Shown here one piece after another: positions 38,891-40,267 of a stretch of 40,267 nt of DNA (within the stretch, counting starts at the first letter, position 1; each line of letters opens with the position of its first letter). The DNA is from an uncultured Clostridia bacterium (GTDB lineage: Bacteria; Bacillota; Clostridia; Christensenellales; UBA1242): the NCBI GenBank assembly GCA_947631875.1, contig CANRMV010000001.1:1-40267 (forward strand), in the 5' to 3' direction. The notes below the pieces were generated by a model. The model was not told the DNA's origin and did not search any database. It was given only the letters and a program-made list of their open reading frames with translations. The position numbers and the translations under genes were made by a program.

Positions 38891-40093
38891 TATTATCACA
38901 ATGCTTGTTAAAACGCTTGTGAAGTAGGATTGCGAAATGGTTTGTGCCAAATCGGCGGCAAACAAATACACGGTTTTTTTGCTCATGTTCACAAGTTCAT
39001 ATTGGGCGTTTGTATCCGAAACAACAAAAACACCTTGACCTGTTGTGGTGGTTGCGCGCTGGTCAGTGCTCCAACTGTTTGAAGCGGCAAGAATGTTGTC
39101 TGTGCCAACCTCACGGAAAGCAAGGGCGGAAAAGTCTTTATAATATGCAAAGTTTTGTTGCCAATCCACATATGGGTTGGCGGTGAAAATGATGAGATAA
39201 GCGCCCGTTGTGTTGAAGGTGATTATGTTGTTTGTGGTGTCAATTTCAATCAAATCGCCGTAGTCGGTTTCCTTTCGCATAAGTGGAACACGGCCGTTTG
39301 GTTGCAGTTCATAGCCCATAGGTCCAAAACCGCTGTAATTTTCATTCCAAGATGTCACATATGCCGCTTTTATTTGATAAGGTCCAGTTGCACCTTGTGG
39401 CCCACGAGGCCCTTGTGCGCCCTGTGGACCTTGTGGCCCGCGCTCGCCTTGCTCACCTTGCTGACCAGGAGTGCCTTGAATGCCCGGCAGCCCTTGTGGC
39501 CCGGCTGGCCCGCGCTCGCCTCTCACGCCTTGCAACCCTTGCGGACCTTGTGGTCCAACGGGACCCATTTCACCAGGAACGCCTTGTATGCCAGGCTCAC
39601 CCTGTGGGCCTCTGTCACCTTGCGGACCTTGCTCGCCGGTTGCACCCATTTCGCCTTGTGGCCCTGTTGGCCCCATAGGAATGAAAACGTCCAAATAGTG
39701 AACGTTGTTTGAAAGCGTGTCGTTAATGTGGGCTGGCTCGCCATTCACCATTTCCACTTTGTTTATCACAATTCTTTCACTTTGTCCAACTTGCCCTTGT
39801 GGACCAGCAGCACCGGTTGGCCCTGTTGCGCCGGTCGGTCCGGTTGCACCGGTTGGTCCCGTTGGTCCATAAGAAGGCCCGGTTGGTCCCATTGGACCGG
39901 TTGCACCCGTTTCGCCTCTTGGCCCGATTGGACCTTGCACACCTTGCATTCCGGTTGCGCCTGTGGCTCCGGTTGCACCAGTTGGTCCAGTTGCGCCGGT
40001 TGGCCCTTGAATGTTGTTTATTCTGTCTATGTATTGTGTGTTTGGCAGGCAGCACTGTGGCGGAACTGCACAAAAATTCTTATTTTTTCTCAT
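38876..40093 (-). CDS. collagen-like triple-helix-repeat protein with BclA/C1q-like C-terminal globular domain
   Basis: Two Gly-X-Y blocks (76 aa and 99 aa) are separated by a 35-aa non-collagenous insert. The Cys-rich N-terminus is FCAVPPQCC. The 166-aa C-terminal domain is beta-rich. The start is the ATG after TGGAG. Confidence 0.85.
   Translation of the reverse strand: MRKNKNFCAVPPQCCLPNTQYIDRINNIQGPTGATGPTGATGATGATGMQGVQGPIGPRGETGATGPMGPTGPSYGPTGPTGATGPTGATGPTGAAGPQGQVGQSERIVINKVEMVNGEPAHINDTLSNNVHYLDVFIPMGPTGPQGEMGATGEQGPQGDRGPQGEPGIQGVPGEMGPVGPQGPQGLQGVRGERGPAGPQGLPGIQGTPGQQGEQGERGPQGPQGAQGPRGPQGATGPYQIKAAYVTSWNENYSGFGPMGYELQPNGRVPLMRKETDYGDLIEIDTTNNIITFNTTGAYLIIFTANPYVDWQQNFAYYKDFSALAFREVGTDNILAASNSWSTDQRATTTTGQGVFVVSDTNAQYELVNMSKKTVYLFAADLAQTISQSYFTSVLTSIVIIKLSP
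39377..39673 (-). repeat. Gly-X-Y repeat block 2 (33 uninterrupted triplets, GPQ/GEx-rich)
   Basis: Direct translation reads [22 protein letters not shown]...GPQGATGPY. The block is locally GC-rich, which creates spurious ORFs in other frames. Confidence 0.9.
39779..40006 (-). repeat. Gly-X-Y repeat block 1 (GPT/GAT-rich, 25 triplets with one single-residue register break)
   Basis: Direct translation reads [19 protein letters not shown]...[14 protein letters not shown]...GQVGQS. Confidence 0.9.
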
Positions 40094-40109
40094 ATAGTAC
40101 TCCATTTTC

Positions 40110-40139
40110 AATATATGAGAACATTTTTAAAATTGCCAA
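40110..40139 (-). promoter_or_regulatory. candidate promoter of the collagen-like gene
   Basis: The minus strand reads TTGGCA (40134-40139), 18-nt spacer, TATATT (40110-40115). Confidence 0.35.
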
Positions 40140-40172
40140 AAAAACAACTCTCTAAGGAAGTTGTTTTATTTT
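40138..40172. terminator. bidirectional hairpin terminator
   Basis: 9-bp stem AAAACAACT (40141-40149) / AGTTGTTTT (40159-40167) flanked by A and T runs. Confidence 0.5.
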
Positions 40173-40267
40173 TTATTTTTAAAAATTTTCAAGTTCACCA
40201 AAAAGGCAATGCAAACTTCAATAACTTCATACACACCTGCAAGCACAAATATGTATGCCATGTTTGG
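40166..40267 (-). CDS. 3' end of a truncated ORF (hydrophobic C-terminus) running off the window
   Basis: The minus-strand frame reads ...NMAYIFVLAGVYEVIEVCIAFLVNLKIFKNKK and stops at TAA (40166-40168), just before the hairpin. Confidence 0.3.
   Translation of the reverse strand, partial: PNMAYIFVLAGVYEVIEVCIAFLVNLKIFKNKK

Noticed and set aside
39155-39712. Several + and - strand ORFs (e.g. 39155-39712, 39352-39678, 39480-39698, 39777-40073) overlapping the collagen-like gene
   Set aside because: They are artefacts of the GC-rich GGN-CCN periodic repeat, which lacks stop codons in most frames. Only the Gly-X-Y frame gives a coherent protein with N- and C-terminal domains, an SD and a terminator.
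1-40267. Scan for CRISPR arrays, tRNA/rRNA genes and IS/transposase/integrase/phage structural genes
   Set aside because: No regularly spaced 25-40-nt direct repeats were seen. No cloverleaf-sized GC-rich intergenic segments were seen either, and the intergenic regions are short and AT-rich. No ORF carries DDE, tyrosine- or serine-recombinase or terminase-like motifs recognisable by eye.

Overview
Low-GC, Firmicutes-like chromosomal window of 40,267 nt. Supporting signs are GGAGG/GGTGA Shine-Dalgarno sites, TGnTATAAT extended -10 promoters, a glyQS T-box leader and standard genetic code (TGA is used as a stop). I support about 24 protein genes and found no rRNA, tRNA, CRISPR array, transposase or integrase.

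Gene content, left to right:
- An AT-rich two-gene module: an EEP-family nuclease/phosphatase and an overlapping unknown ORF.
- A NUDIX hydrolase.
- A soluble PSD-family pyruvoyl decarboxylase, followed by a frameshifted GNAT and an SDR.
- A 1,557-aa secreted M60-like (HELGH) metalloprotease fused to a discoidin-like domain, BspA-type LRRs and a C-terminal TM anchor.
- A SpoVK/CbbX-type AAA+ ATPase plus a WYL-domain regulator.
- A divergent one-carbon/dTMP gene set (tdk-glyA <> folD-thyA-folA).
- T-box-controlled glyQS.
- A YbiT-like ABC-F ATPase with one degenerate ATP site, coupled to an unknown lysine-rich protein.
- A 14-kb ORF (about 4,680 aa, roughly 35% of the window) for a non-repetitive giant protein anchored by an N-terminal TM segment, translationally coupled to cardiolipin synthase.
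- A DUF975-like membrane protein, a Sel1-like protein, and a BclA-like collagen-repeat protein with a C-terminal globular domain.

Most interesting observations:
1. The giant-ORF/cls locus.
2. Two mutually inverted arrays of helically phased A-tracts that bracket that locus. They share an 81%-identical 48-nt core and encode K/N/Q heptads in two otherwise unrelated proteins.
3. Four genes whose ATG lies 6-7 nt after a -10 box with no SD, which suggests leaderless mRNAs.
4. The ABC-F protein with a coherently dead second nucleotide site.
5. A PsiD-like decarboxylase paired with an acetyltransferase.

All functional calls come from motif recognition by eye. No database search was run.
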